From Tissierellia bacterium (GTDB lineage Bacteria > Bacillota > Clostridia > Tissierellales > Peptoniphilaceae): DNA of 64,000 nt. Below the pieces are notes generated by a model. It was not told the DNA's origin, searched no databases, and saw only the letters and a list, made by a program, of their open reading frames with translations. Shown one piece after another: positions 40,498-50,007 of the stretch. The stretch covers positions 8,820-72,819 of the forward strand of contig JAUNLJ010000005.1 in NCBI GenBank assembly GCA_030532305.1, in the 5' to 3' direction. A program made the position numbers and the translations under genes. The stretch's first letter is position 1, and each line of letters opens with the position of its first letter.

Positions 40498-40704
40498 GGC
40501 AATTCCTCCTTCAATTCTTGCTCTTATCTATTCTATAGCCAAGCACTCTTTATATATGATCTCTTATTATACACCAATTCTTAAGCCCTTGCCTAGCTGG
40601 CCCTGGGAAAAGAAGAAAAAGGCAGGTCTTTTTCTGCTAGAAAAATAGATCTTAAAGAAAAGAGGGCCTAGGCCCCCTTCTCCTTCCAGCTTATGGGATT
40701 TATC

Positions 40705-42003
40705 CTAGGCCTGGCCTGCCTTCTTTTTTAAGGCCTCCATCCTTTCTGCTACCCTCTTCCTAATAAGGTCTAGGTCCACCTTAACCAGCTTCCGGTTTCT
40801 TAGGACAAAGTCCCCATCCACCAGGACGTCCTTGACGTCCTCAGAGGAGGCGGAATAGCAAAGGGCGGAAATCAAATTGTTCCTGGGAGTAAAGTTAGGG
40901 CTATTTAGGTCAAAGACTGTAATATCTGCCTTCTTTCCCACGTCCAGGGACCCAATCTCATCCTCCCAGGCCAGGGCCCGGGCCCCGTTGATGGTGGCCA
41001 TCCTTAGGACCTCTATGGCCGGTAGGGCCTTGGGGTCTTGGTTGAGGGCCTTGTTGACCAGGGCAGCCAGGTGGATTTCTTCTAGCATATCCTGGTTGTT
41101 GTTAGAGGAGTCCCCGTCTGTTCCCAGGGCAGGGCTTAGGCCCTTGTCTAGCATGGCCTTAAGGGGGGCAAAACCTGAGGCCAGCTTGAGGTTGGAAGAG
41201 GGATTATAAAGGGGGAAGAACTTATCCTTGTCCACCCGGTCCATTTCCTCCTCTGTCATATAGACGCAGTGGGCCGCCAGGGTGTGGAGGTCCCCCATGC
41301 CCAAATCCAAGAGGTAGTTAATGGGTGTCCTGCCCTCATGGGCTGCCCGGGAGTCTTCCAGCTCCTTTTTGGTTTCAGAGGTATGGATATGGATCAGGCC
41401 GTCCAGGTCCCGGGCCAGGTCAAAGGTCTTTTTAAGAAAGTCCTCACTACAGGTGTAGATGGCGTGGGGGGCTGGCGCCACCCGGATCCGGCCCTGGGCA
41501 CTCTTGTGGTAGCGGGCGTAAAGGTCCCGGACCTCCTCTAGCTTGGCCTCCTCATCGGGCCCAGAGGTCAGGCCCCGGGTTAAAAGCCCCCGGATGCCTA
41601 TCTCCTGGGCCCCCTCCCCTACCCGGTCCATCTCATAGTACATATCACAAAAACAAGTGGTTCCACTGCGCAGGGCCTCAGCCAAACTGAGGAGGCTCCC
41701 CCAGTAGATGTCCTCCCCGTCCAGGTGGGCCTCCATGGGCCAGATGGCCTCATTGAGCCAGGTGTCCAGGTCCATATCATCGGCATAGTTCCTAAAGTAA
41801 CTCATGCCCAGGTGGGTATGGGCGTTAATAAAGCCTGGAGATAAGAGGAGGTCCTCCCCCTCAATGACCTGGTGGGCCTCCAGGCCCCGCCCTGTGGCCT
41901 CCAGGGCCCTAATCCGGTCCCCCTCAATAAGTAGGTCCTGGCCAGAAAGAACCTGGCCCCCTACCACATCTAAAATATTTGTATTTCTAAATAATAAGCT
42001 CAT
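40705..42003 (-). CDS. mtaD: 5-methylthioadenosine/S-adenosylhomocysteine deaminase (amidohydrolase)
   Basis: GFINAHTHLGMSYFRNYADDMDLDTWL and the HxH metal motif. MtaD-like throughout. Confidence 0.8.
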   Translation of the reverse strand: MSLLFRNTNILDVVGGQVLSGQDLLIEGDRIRALEATGRGLEAHQVIEGEDLLLSPGFINAHTHLGMSYFRNYADDMDLDTWLNEAIWPMEAHLDGEDIYWGSLLSLAEALRSGTTCFCDMYYEMDRVGEGAQEIGIRGLLTRGLTSGPDEEAKLEEVRDLYARYHKSAQGRIRVAPAPHAIYTCSEDFLKKTFDLARDLDGLIHIHTSETKKELEDSRAAHEGRTPINYLLDLGMGDLHTLAAHCVYMTEEEMDRVDKDKFFPLYNPSSNLKLASGFAPLKAMLDKGLSPALGTDGDSSNNNQDMLEEIHLAALVNKALNQDPKALPAIEVLRMATINGARALAWEDEIGSLDVGKKADITVFDLNSPNFTPRNNLISALCYSASSEDVKDVLVDGDFVLRNRKLVKVDLDLIRKRVAERMEALKKKAGQA

Positions 42004-42129
42004 GTGAACCTCCTTTGGCTTTTCTAGTCTTTTTTTCTAGTATACCACAGGCCCCTGGATTTTTTAAATTAAAAGTCCTGGGTAGGAGGGCCTAAAAGGC
42101 TAAACGGTGGGATTTATTTTACTTTTTCC

Positions 42130-42158
42130 TTTACAAGGTGGGCCCCTTCATGTATAAT
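42130..42158 (+). promoter_or_regulatory. rpsD promoter
   Basis: TTTACA, 17 nt spacer, TATAAT. Confidence 0.5.
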
Positions 42159-42211
42159 AAGCCTTGGTTCTAAATTATCGCGGCAAATATAATTTAGGAG
42201 ATGGAATTTAA

Positions 42212-42805
42212 ATGGCAAAAATGATGCAACCTAGGTTCAAACAATCTAGGAGACTTGGACTTAATGTATGTGGTCATCCAAAGGCCATGAATCGTGCAGG
42301 CCGTGGCACTTCCCGTGCTGATGGTCGTTTAACAGAATACGGTATGCAACTTCTAGAAAAGCAAAGACTAAGAGCCTACTATGGTGTCCTTGAAAAGCAA
42401 ATGCTTCGCTATGTCAAGGCCGCCCAAAAGGCGCAAGAAGAAACAGGACCTGCCCTAGTGAAGGCCCTAGAAACCCGTCTAGACAATCTTGTTTACAGAA
42501 TGGGCTTTGCTAGTTCTATCCGTCAAGCTCGTCAAATGGTCAACCACGGCCATATTACAGTCAACGGCAAGAAGGTCAACATTCCTTCCTACGCTGTTCA
42601 AGTAGGTGACGAATTGGCCCTAGCCAAAAGAGCTAAAAAGGTAGACCTCTTCAAGGAAAACTATGAGGCCAGCCTAGCCCAGTCTCTTCCCTATATCACC
42701 AAGGATGAAGACTTTAAGGCTAAACTTTCTTCCGAACCCAACCGTGAAGATATTCCCGTAGAAATCACCGACCAACTTATCGTTGAATTCTATTCACGGA
42801 GCTAA
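42212..42805 (+). CDS. rpsD: 30S ribosomal protein S4
   Basis: [25 protein letters not shown] and an S4 RNA-binding domain. Confidence 0.95.
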   Translation: MAKMMQPRFKQSRRLGLNVCGHPKAMNRAGRGTSRADGRLTEYGMQLLEKQRLRAYYGVLEKQMLRYVKAAQKAQEETGPALVKALETRLDNLVYRMGFASSIRQARQMVNHGHITVNGKKVNIPSYAVQVGDELALAKRAKKVDLFKENYEASLAQSLPYITKDEDFKAKLSSEPNREDIPVEITDQLIVEFYSRS

Positions 42806-42817
42806 GGAAAATAAAAG

Positions 42818-42843
42818 ACTCGCCCCTGGGCGAGTTTTTTTAT
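42818..42843 (+). terminator. rpsD intrinsic terminator
   Basis: ACTCGCCC-CT-GGGCGAGT followed by T8. Confidence 0.8.
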
Positions 42844-42901
42844 TGGCCTTTCTATAAGCCCCATAAGAAAGACCCCTAAGTGTCTAAGCTTAGGGGTCTT
42901 T

Positions 42902-43522
42902 TTATAGCCTAATCTTATCGGCCAGGTCCTCAAAGGTCTTTTGCCCAATGCCTGGCACCTCTTGGAGGTCTTCTAAGGCCCTAAAGGGCTGACGACTCCG
43001 GTAGTCGATAATCTTGTCTGCAGTCTTGTCCCCAATCCCTGGCAGGGTCATGAGCTCTTCCTTGGTCCCCCGGTTCAGGCTCACCAGGGCCTGGCCTCCT
43101 GGGGAGGTCCCCTCCACCATCTGGGGCAGCTTTTGCAGGTCTTCCCCCTGGCGGGGGATATGTATCCTCTCTTCGTCTAGGAGGACCTGGGCCAGGTTGA
43201 CCCTATCCAGGTCGGCCTCCTCTAGGGCCCCACCACAGGCCTCAATCCCATCGGCCAGCCGGCTGCCCTGGGGAAGTTCCAAGAGGCCGGGGCTTTCTAC
43301 GGCCCCACTAATATGGACAAAGACCGTCTGGGGTCCCTCTTCCTGGACCCCTTCTTCCACCAGGAGGGTGCCTTGGGGATCCTCCTGGGCCGCCAGGGAC
43401 AAGAGGTCCTTGGGGGCCTCCTGGTTTCTAGCTGACTGGCCCAGGAAAAAAGAGGCCCCCACCATGGCCAGGACCAAAAGACCCCCTAGTATTTTCTTTT
43501 CCCTTGGCGAAAATTGATCCAT
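42902..43522 (-). CDS. comEA: ComEA family DNA-binding protein (helix-hairpin-helix)
   Basis: N-terminal anchor, SLBB-like middle domain, and C-terminal LMTLPGIGDKTADKII...LQEVPGIGQKTFEDL. Confidence 0.85.
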   Translation of the reverse strand: MDQFSPREKKILGGLLVLAMVGASFFLGQSARNQEAPKDLLSLAAQEDPQGTLLVEEGVQEEGPQTVFVHISGAVESPGLLELPQGSRLADGIEACGGALEEADLDRVNLAQVLLDEERIHIPRQGEDLQKLPQMVEGTSPGGQALVSLNRGTKEELMTLPGIGDKTADKIIDYRSRQPFRALEDLQEVPGIGQKTFEDLADKIRL

Positions 43523-43546
43523 AGGTCTCTCCCTGGCCCCTGGGCC

Positions 43547-43918
43547 TTATTTTAGGGCAATAGCCTCAATCTCAACCACAGCTCCCTTGGGAAGTTCAGC
43601 TACGGCCACACAGGACCGGGCTGGCTTGTGGTCTGAAAAATACTCCCCATAAACTTCGTTGACTAGGCCAAAGTCCCCCATATCCTTTAGGAAGATGACC
43701 ACCTTAACCACCTGGTCCATGGAGGACCCGGCCTCTTCCAAGATGGCCTTAACATTTTCTAGGGATTGACGGGTGGCCTCCTGAATGTCTGTTTTAAGTT
43801 CTCCAGTGGCTGGGTCTGCAGGGATCTGACCAGAGGTAAAAATAAGAGATCCTGTGTCCATACCTTGGACATAGGGTCCAATGGCTGCTGGGGCTTTTTT
43901 AGTATCAATGGCTTTCAT
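43547..43918 (-). CDS. ridA: RidA family protein (reactive intermediate deaminase); start corrected to MKAIDTKKAP
   Basis: APAAIGPYVQG...SGQIP...ARSCVAVAELPKGA...EIEAIA. AAGGAGG lies 6 nt before the ATG at 43918. Confidence 0.9.
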   Translation of the reverse strand: MKAIDTKKAPAAIGPYVQGMDTGSLIFTSGQIPADPATGELKTDIQEATRQSLENVKAILEEAGSSMDQVVKVVIFLKDMGDFGLVNEVYGEYFSDHKPARSCVAVAELPKGAVVEIEAIALK

Positions 43919-44291
43919 GACTTTCCTCCTTTGAATCCTCAAATAGGTCTTCCTTCCATAGTTCATCCAGTTGGTAATAGGCCCTGTCTTCCCTATGGAA
44001 AATATGGACCATGACCTCACCATAATCTAAAATAATCCAGCGGTTGTTGGACTTGCCCTCGACATGGGCATAGTCATAGCCTGCCTGGGCCATCTTATCC
44101 ACCACTTCATCGGCTAGGGCCCCCACCTGGGGGGTGGAGTTCCCACTGACAATGACAAAATAGTCGCTTAGACTGGTCTTGTCCCGGATGTCTAAAACGT
44201 CTAGGTTTCGGCCCTTCTTATTGTCTAGGGCCTCACTTATAATATCCAGCTTCTTCTGAATCTCTTCTTGAATGGTTTGTTTATCCTTCAT
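43905..44291 (-). CDS. rsfS: ribosome silencing factor RsfS
   Basis: DYFVIVSGNSTPQVGALADEV...WIILDYGEVMVHIF. Confidence 0.9.
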   Translation of the reverse strand: MKDKQTIQEEIQKKLDIISEALDNKKGRNLDVLDIRDKTSLSDYFVIVSGNSTPQVGALADEVVDKMAQAGYDYAHVEGKSNNRWIILDYGEVMVHIFHREDRAYYQLDELWKEDLFEDSKEESHESH

Positions 44292-44353
44292 AAAACCTCC
44301 TTAAGTATCTGAAGAATGGCTAAGTTTATTATACCCCATGGGGCCTTTTAAAT

Positions 44354-45256
44354 CTACTGGCCCGGCTTAAATCCGTAGTCCACCAGCATGTCTTGGCTGG
44401 CCCCTTCATCCAGAATATAGTAGGACAGGCCCTCTATGGTTTGGGGACTGCCAGGCAGGGTTCCCGTAATAAAATTTTCGCTACCCACCTTGAGCCCGTC
44501 TAGGCCAATGCCTAGGGCCTTGCCCACACTGAGATTATTCTGGGTCTTGGTCAGGTAGGGTTTAATGAGCCGGGGACTGTTGATAAGGGCGTTTTTAGAG
44601 GTTGCCGCCTGGAAAAGCCCCTTTAAAAAGGCCTGCTGGGCCTCTACCCGGCCTAGGTCTGCATTGGCATAGCCCTTCCTAAAGCGTAAAAACTGAAGGG
44701 CCTGGTCGCCGTCAAGGACCTGGGGGCCCGCCTTTAGGTCAATATAAAGGGGTGGGTCTGCCGAGGGGTCCTCATAGTGCATGTCCATGGGAACATCCAC
44801 CTGGACACCGCCAGTCTTGTCTACCACTTCCTTGACAAAGTCATAGTCCACCACCACATAATAGGGGATGTCTAGGCCCAAAAGGCCGTTAACGGTATCC
44901 AGGGCCAGGTCGGCCCCCCCATAGGCATAGGCATGGTTGATCTTGGTCTTGCCATTTCGCCCAGGAATGCTGGTCCGGGTGTCCCGGGGGATGGAAATAA
45001 GAGAGACCTGGTTTTTGTCCCGGTTGACATTGGCTATCATCATGACATCAGACCGGGTGTTTTCGGCCTTGCCGGCATCGGCACTGTCCACCCCCAAGAC
45101 CAAGATCTGGTGGTTTTCCCCCTCCCCTGTCACCGTCTCTAGGGTTTCCTTGGCATCGGCATCATGGCCTTTACTTGTTAAATAATAATAGCCTCCTCCC
45201 ACAAGCAGGAGGATGATAAGTAGGGTCATAAAAAAGCCCTTAAAAAAACTTTTCAT
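44354..45256 (-). CDS. LCP (LytR-CpsA-Psr) family cell-envelope transferase
   Basis: TM anchor. ILVLGVDS...RSDVMMIANV...LISIPRDT. Confidence 0.85.
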   Translation of the reverse strand: MKSFFKGFFMTLLIILLLVGGGYYYLTSKGHDADAKETLETVTGEGENHQILVLGVDSADAGKAENTRSDVMMIANVNRDKNQVSLISIPRDTRTSIPGRNGKTKINHAYAYGGADLALDTVNGLLGLDIPYYVVVDYDFVKEVVDKTGGVQVDVPMDMHYEDPSADPPLYIDLKAGPQVLDGDQALQFLRFRKGYANADLGRVEAQQAFLKGLFQAATSKNALINSPRLIKPYLTKTQNNLSVGKALGIGLDGLKVGSENFITGTLPGSPQTIEGLSYYILDEGASQDMLVDYGFKPGQ

Positions 45257-45261
45257 CTTTC

Positions 45262-45831
45262 TTAACCTCTCTGATAGCTATTCCAAGCTCTAACCGTATC
45301 TAGGGCAATCTCTATCTTCTCTTGTAAAAGAAAGCCCAGGGTCCTAGTTAGGGCGTAAACCATGGCCTGGTCCAGGTCCTTTTTAGCTAGGTCCCGAGCC
45401 TTATCCACCCCAGGAAAGTCCCGGCCCGGCTCTATATAGTCGGCTAGGTAGACCAGCTTTTCCAGCTGGCTCATGGCCTCCCGGCCCGTGGTATGGTAGG
45501 CAATGGCCCCTAAGATCTCTTCATCTTCTAGGCCTAAGTCCATCCGGGCCATTTGGGCCCCTATAAAGCCATGGGCTATCTGGGGCATCCGGTCAAATTC
45601 CGGGGTCCAGTCCACCTGGTAGGCCTGGGCCAGGGCCTTGAGCTGATCTAGGTCCTTGGTCTTGGCAATATCGTGGAGGATGGCAGCCAAATAGGCCCGG
45701 TCCGGGTCTAGGCCGTGGGTAAGGGCCAGGTCCCTAGCCGTCTTTGCCACCCTCTGGTTATGGGCAAAGCGCTTGGGCCCTATCCGGTCCTTGGCCTCCT
45801 TTAAAATCCGGTCTAGGTCTTTCCTATTCAT
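45262..45831 (-). CDS. yqeK: bis(5'-nucleosyl)-tetraphosphatase (symmetrical) YqeK, HD domain
   Basis: RFAHNQRV...ILHDIAK HD motifs. It lies downstream of nadD. Confidence 0.85.
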   Translation of the reverse strand: MNRKDLDRILKEAKDRIGPKRFAHNQRVAKTARDLALTHGLDPDRAYLAAILHDIAKTKDLDQLKALAQAYQVDWTPEFDRMPQIAHGFIGAQMARMDLGLEDEEILGAIAYHTTGREAMSQLEKLVYLADYIEPGRDFPGVDKARDLAKKDLDQAMVYALTRTLGFLLQEKIEIALDTVRAWNSYQRG

Positions 45832-46447
45832 TCTGGGTCTCCTCCTTATAAAAGCCCTTTTCTTGGATATAGAGGATAATGGGGTCCGGTATCAGGTAGC
45901 GGACAGACTTGTCCTTGGCCAGCCGGTCCCTTAAGTCTGTGGAAGATATCTCAAATCTTGGCGTCTCCAAAAGACTAACCTGGGCCCCAAAGGTCTCTTT
46001 TAAATAGGAGATCTCCTCATGGACCTCCTCAATGGTGATCCGTTCAAAGCCGGGTCGAATGGCCACGGCAAACTTGGTTAGCTCTGCCAGCTGGTCAAAT
46101 TTTTTCCAGGACTTTAAATCCTTGAGGATGTCTGAACCCAGAAAAAAATAAAAGTCATCCTCGGGATAGGCCTCCTTCAGGTAATTTATGGTATCTACGG
46201 AATAGGAGATCTGGGGATTTTTAACTTCTATATCCAGGGGGTGAAAGTGGGGGTTGTCCCGGCAGGCCAAATCCACCATCCTATACCGGGCCTCTCCACT
46301 AACCACATACTTGTCCTTGTGGGGGGCCTTGCCCGTGGGAATAAAAAAGACCTTGTCTATGTCCAGTTCCGACCGGATATATTCACTCATCATCAAATGA
46401 CCCATATGGATAGGGTTAAAGGACCCACCCATAACGCCAATCTTCAT
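45824..46447 (-). CDS. nadD: nicotinate-nucleotide adenylyltransferase
   Basis: IGVMGGSFNPIHMGHL (HxGH) and ISSTDLR. Confidence 0.9.
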   Translation of the reverse strand: MKIGVMGGSFNPIHMGHLMMSEYIRSELDIDKVFFIPTGKAPHKDKYVVSGEARYRMVDLACRDNPHFHPLDIEVKNPQISYSVDTINYLKEAYPEDDFYFFLGSDILKDLKSWKKFDQLAELTKFAVAIRPGFERITIEEVHEEISYLKETFGAQVSLLETPRFEISSTDLRDRLAKDKSVRYLIPDPIILYIQEKGFYKEETQNE

Positions 46448-46457
46448 AGTTTTCTCC

Positions 46458-46745
46458 TCACTCCAAGTCTATACGAGGCTCTTCTTGGTTCCTACGGTAG
46501 ATGGTGAGCTTAGACCCAATGGCCTGGACAAACTCAGCCCCAGTCCGCTCTAGAACCTCTTCCTTGATCTCCCCCACTTCATAGGGGGCATTTTGTAAGA
46601 CGGCGATCTTTACAAGCTCATGGTCTTCTAAAAGGGCCTCTAGCTGGTCAAAAAATCCTTCCCCCAGCCCATTTTTCCCCACCTGGATAAGGGGGTCTTG
46701 GTGGTGGGCTAGGGCCCTTAATTTAGCACGTTGCTTTCCTGTCAA
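46458..46745 (-). CDS. yhbY: YhbY-like CRM-domain RNA-binding protein
   Basis: LTGKQRAKLRALAHHQDPLIQVGKNGL. Confidence 0.85.
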   Translation of the reverse strand: MTGKQRAKLRALAHHQDPLIQVGKNGLGEGFFDQLEALLEDHELVKIAVLQNAPYEVGEIKEEVLERTGAEFVQAIGSKLTIYRRNQEEPRIDLE

Positions 46746-46756
46746 ATGCCTTCCTC

Positions 46757-48022
46757 CTATTCAAAAAATTCAAATTCATAGCCCATAATAAGGACCGGGT
46801 CTCCCTCTTGGATGCCCAGGTCCTTGAGCTGGTCGATAACCCCATTTTTTCTCAAGCTCTCTTGGAAATAACGGAGGCTATCCCGGTCAGAAAAGTAGGT
46901 GGACTCCAAGAGCCTTTCTATATAGGTCCCCTCCACCTTGTAGCCCTCCTGGTCCTTGTAGACCCGGATCCGGTCTTCTTCTTCTATGACCTCCACATAG
47001 GCCTCGTCATAGGTTTCTATGGCCTTGGGGGCCTCTTCTAGGCGCTTGTAGGCTTCATAGACCAGCTGCTTCACATTTTCTGTGGTGGCTGCCGATCCAG
47101 AGAAAATAGGGTAGTCTTCTCCCAGGGCCTCCTCCAGCCGGGCCAGGTTTTCTTGTGACCCAGGCAGGTCCATCTTGTTGGCAAAGATAATCTGGGGCTT
47201 TTCCAGGAGCCTGGGGTGGTAGCTGGCCAGCTCCTCATTAATCTGCTTAAAGTCCTCAAGGGGGTCCCTGCCCTCCATACCAGATATATCTAAAACGTGG
47301 ATAAGAACCCGGGTCCTTTCCACATGCTTTAAAAAGTCTAGGCCAAGGCCCACCCCCTGACTGGCCCCTTCAATCAGGCCGGGAATATCAGCCACCACAA
47401 AGGACTGGCCCTCGCCCACCCGGACTAGGCCCAGGTTGGGCTTAAGGGTGGTAAAGTGGTAGTTGGCTATTTTAGGCTTGGCCTTGGAGATGACAGAAAG
47501 GAGGGTGGACTTGCCTACATTGGGAAAGCCCACCAGGCCCACATCGGCCAGGACCTTCAGCTCTAGGGTAATGTCCTTTTTCTCCCCCTTAAAGCCTGGC
47601 TGGGCAAAGCTGGGTGCCTGACGGGTAGAGGAGGTATAACGGGAATTCCCCTTGCCTCCGTCACCCCCACGGGCAATAACATAGGTCATGTCCTTTTCCT
47701 TCATATCTACAATGACCTGGCCACTCTTTTGGTCCTTAACCAGGGTCCCCACAGGCACCCTAAGGACAATGTCCTCCCCGTTCTTTCCAAACTGGTTGCG
47801 GCTCTTGCCATTTTCTCCATTTTCTGCCTTATAGACCCGTTTGTAGCGAAAATCCATAAGGGTTTGGATGCCCTCATCGGCCCTTAGGACCACAGAGCCA
47901 CCCTTGCCTCCGTCTCCACCGGCAGGGCCTCCAGCTGGGACATACTTTTCTCGCCGCCAGGCCACAGCACCGTCTCCGCCCCTGCCTGCATGAACACTGA
48001 TATCGGCTATATCTATAAACAT
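46757..48022 (-). CDS. obg: GTPase Obg/CgtA
   Basis: MFIDIADISVHAGRGGDG glycine-rich Obg fold, G1 GFPNVGKST, and a C-terminal OCT domain. Confidence 0.95.
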   Translation of the reverse strand: MFIDIADISVHAGRGGDGAVAWRREKYVPAGGPAGGDGGKGGSVVLRADEGIQTLMDFRYKRVYKAENGENGKSRNQFGKNGEDIVLRVPVGTLVKDQKSGQVIVDMKEKDMTYVIARGGDGGKGNSRYTSSTRQAPSFAQPGFKGEKKDITLELKVLADVGLVGFPNVGKSTLLSVISKAKPKIANYHFTTLKPNLGLVRVGEGQSFVVADIPGLIEGASQGVGLGLDFLKHVERTRVLIHVLDISGMEGRDPLEDFKQINEELASYHPRLLEKPQIIFANKMDLPGSQENLARLEEALGEDYPIFSGSAATTENVKQLVYEAYKRLEEAPKAIETYDEAYVEVIEEEDRIRVYKDQEGYKVEGTYIERLLESTYFSDRDSLRYFQESLRKNGVIDQLKDLGIQEGDPVLIMGYEFEFFE

Positions 48023-48130
48023 ATTGACACCTCCCGTCTATTATATCATAAAAGCAGGCCCAACTCCTTCTAGGAAGCCAGGTCCCGTCTAAAGAATCTC
48101 TAAGATTTCTCTAGTCTACTTTCCTTTTAA

Positions 48131-48158
48131 AAACAAAAAGCCGCAGATGTTCTGCGAC
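48131..48158 (-). terminator. terminator after rpmA
   Basis: GCCGCAGA-TGT-TCTGCGAC hairpin. An A-rich run on plus gives a U-run on minus. Confidence 0.6.
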
Positions 48159-48168
48159 CTTTTAAAAC

Positions 48169-48459
48169 TTATGCTAGTTCCTCACGGGGAATAACATTTA
48201 CATATTTTTTCTTCTTGCCCTTAGTTTCAAAGGATACCACCCCATCAATGGTGGAGAAAAGTGTATCATCTTTTCCCTTGCCCACATTAAGACCTGGGTT
48301 AATTTTGGATCCCCTTTGACGAACAATAATATTGCCGGCTAGAACATATTGTCCATCTCCTCTTTTTACTCCAAGACGTTGTGCATTAGAGTCACGGCCG
48401 TTCTTTGAAGAACCTTGCCCCTTCTTTGAGGAGAAATGTTGCAAATTAATTAAAAGCAT
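48169..48459 (-). CDS. rpmA: 50S ribosomal protein L27 with N-terminal propeptide
   Basis: [24 protein letters not shown] matches the Firmicute pro-L27 cleavage context. Confidence 0.95.
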   Translation of the reverse strand: MLLINLQHFSSKKGQGSSKNGRDSNAQRLGVKRGDGQYVLAGNIIVRQRGSKINPGLNVGKGKDDTLFSTIDGVVSFETKGKKKKYVNVIPREELA

Positions 48460-48802
48460 CTGACACCTCCTGGATATTTATTTTTATATACTGGCTGTAC
48501 TGACCTGCTATATTCTCCAGGCCTAATTGTAAAGTTTTTAAGAGGACTTGGACCTCCTTACGGGCCAAGTGGTCCCTATCTAGGACATAGACCGATAAAA
48601 AACCATCCTCTAGCTGGGTTTTTAGGTCCTCCTCTGGAATCTGGCATACCCCTTCTAGACCATTATAAGTAGCCATGGACAGGGCAGATATCCCTGCACA
48701 GACCAAGGACCCCAGGGGGCCCTCTGTATCCTCATCGGCATGGCCAGATATACGGTAGCCTTCAATTAAAGATCTATTGATGAAAAAAGTCACCTGGGTC
48801 AT
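48446..48802 (-). CDS. prp: ribosomal-processing cysteine protease Prp
   Basis: It lies between rplU and rpmA. GHA...VCAGISAL motif. Confidence 0.85.
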   Translation of the reverse strand: MTQVTFFINRSLIEGYRISGHADEDTEGPLGSLVCAGISALSMATYNGLEGVCQIPEEDLKTQLEDGFLSVYVLDRDHLARKEVQVLLKTLQLGLENIAGQYSQYIKINIQEVSDAFN

Positions 48803-49110
48803 TAGGCAAGTTTCCCAATTTCAACCAAGGTATAGGGTTGTCTGTGGCCCTTCTTTTTCCGCATATTCTTCTTAGCATTATACTTGTAGATAGTCACTTT
48901 TCTAGCTCTTCCTTGACGAAGAACCTTAGCTTCGACTTCAAGGCCTTCAAGATAGGGCTTGCCCACTTGAAGTTCTCCGTCCTTGTTGACTAAAAGCACC
49001 TTGTCAAATTTGCAAGTTGCGCCTTCTTCTACATCTAACTTTTCCACACGGACAATATCCCCTTCTTTTACGGTATATTGCTTTCCGCCGGATTCAATAA
49101 TTGCGTACAT
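48802..49110 (-). CDS. rplU: 50S ribosomal protein L21
   Basis: MYAIIESGGKQYTVKEGD. Confidence 0.95.
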   Translation of the reverse strand: MYAIIESGGKQYTVKEGDIVRVEKLDVEEGATCKFDKVLLVNKDGELQVGKPYLEGLEVEAKVLRQGRARKVTIYKYNAKKNMRKKKGHRQPYTLVEIGKLA

Positions 49111-49217
49111 TGTAGCACCTCCTCTTTACAAGACTCGCCCTCGTAGGTGACTAAGCTTTAAACCTATTCAGTGCGGTTACGATTACTAATCATACCATAA
49201 AAGCCCTGGATTTACAA
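49111..49217 (-). promoter_or_regulatory. rplU promoter (TTGTAA-17-TATGAT, 49189-49217) and ~75 nt leader, possible L21 leader
   Basis: Promoter hexamers with 17 nt spacing. Leader helices CCGCACUGAAUAGGU...ACCUACGAGGGCG. No covariance model was run. Confidence 0.35.
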
Positions 49218-49235
49218 TATTTTATCCCTTAAAAT

Positions 49236-49700
49236 TTATTTTTTCTTGTAGGCCGCCCCCTCCAGATCCAAGAGATAGGCCTTGGTCTCTAAACCATCCC
49301 CATAACCCACCAGGGACCCGTCTGCCCCAATGACCCGGTGGCAGGGCACAATAATGGCAATGGGGTTCTTGTTGTTGGCCCCACCTACTGCCCGGTAGGC
49401 CCTAGGCCGGCCCACAGCCTGGGCCAGGTCCTTATAGGACCAGGTCTGACCGTAGGGGATTTTTAAAAGGGCCTCCCAGACTTCCCTTTGAAAGGGGGTC
49501 CCCTCCATTTTAAGGGGGAGGGAAAAGGTCCGCCTCTGGCCCTTAAAATAGTCCATGAGCTGCCTAAAGGCCTCCTGGGTCAGGGGAGTCTTTTCTCCCC
49601 CCTCCTCTGGCCCCTTACAGCCTTCTAGGCCGGTTAAAAAATCTCCCTGGTAGGTCATTTTATAATAGCCTGTGGGGAGCTTGTATATGGCATAGGCCAC
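49236..49700 (-). CDS. ogt: methylated-DNA--protein-cysteine methyltransferase; probable GTG start
   Basis: Active site IVPCHRVIG. AAGGAGGG lies 6 nt before the GTG at 49700. The track ATG at 49769 has no RBS. Confidence 0.8.
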   Translation of the reverse strand: MAYAIYKLPTGYYKMTYQGDFLTGLEGCKGPEEGGEKTPLTQEAFRQLMDYFKGQRRTFSLPLKMEGTPFQREVWEALLKIPYGQTWSYKDLAQAVGRPRAYRAVGGANNKNPIAIIVPCHRVIGADGSLVGYGDGLETKAYLLDLEGAAYKKK

Positions 49701-49860
49701 CTGGGTCCCTCCTTTCTTTTCTATCTCGATATTTTTCTTTATTATACAGGCTTTTTTTAGGGGAGACAATGGCTAGCCCAGGCCATTTAAAAAAAAGACC
49801 CCCAAAAGCCGGACATGTAAGTCCAACTTTTAGGGCTCTCTAAACTAGGAGGCTTTTTTC

Positions 49861-50007
49861 TTATTTTTCAGGGGTCCCCATCTTTTGACAGGTCCCTGCC
49901 CTGGGACAGGAGGCACAGGGGCCTCCCCTTTTCTTGTCCTTACGCATTTTTCCAACAATTCCTAGGGCCGCCAGGGCCAAAATTCCAATTACAAGGGCAT
50001 CTCCCAT
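49861..50007 (-). CDS. FeoB-associated Cys-rich small membrane protein (48 aa), not in the ORF track
   Basis: Hand translation: MGDALVIGILALAALGIVGKMRKDKKRGGPCASCPRAGTCQKMGTPEK. GGAAGGGAGGA lies 5 nt before the ATG at 50007. It overlaps the feoB 3' end, and TAA is at 49861-49863. Confidence 0.6.
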   Translation of the reverse strand: MGDALVIGILALAALGIVGKMRKDKKRGGPCASCPRAGTCQKMGTPEK

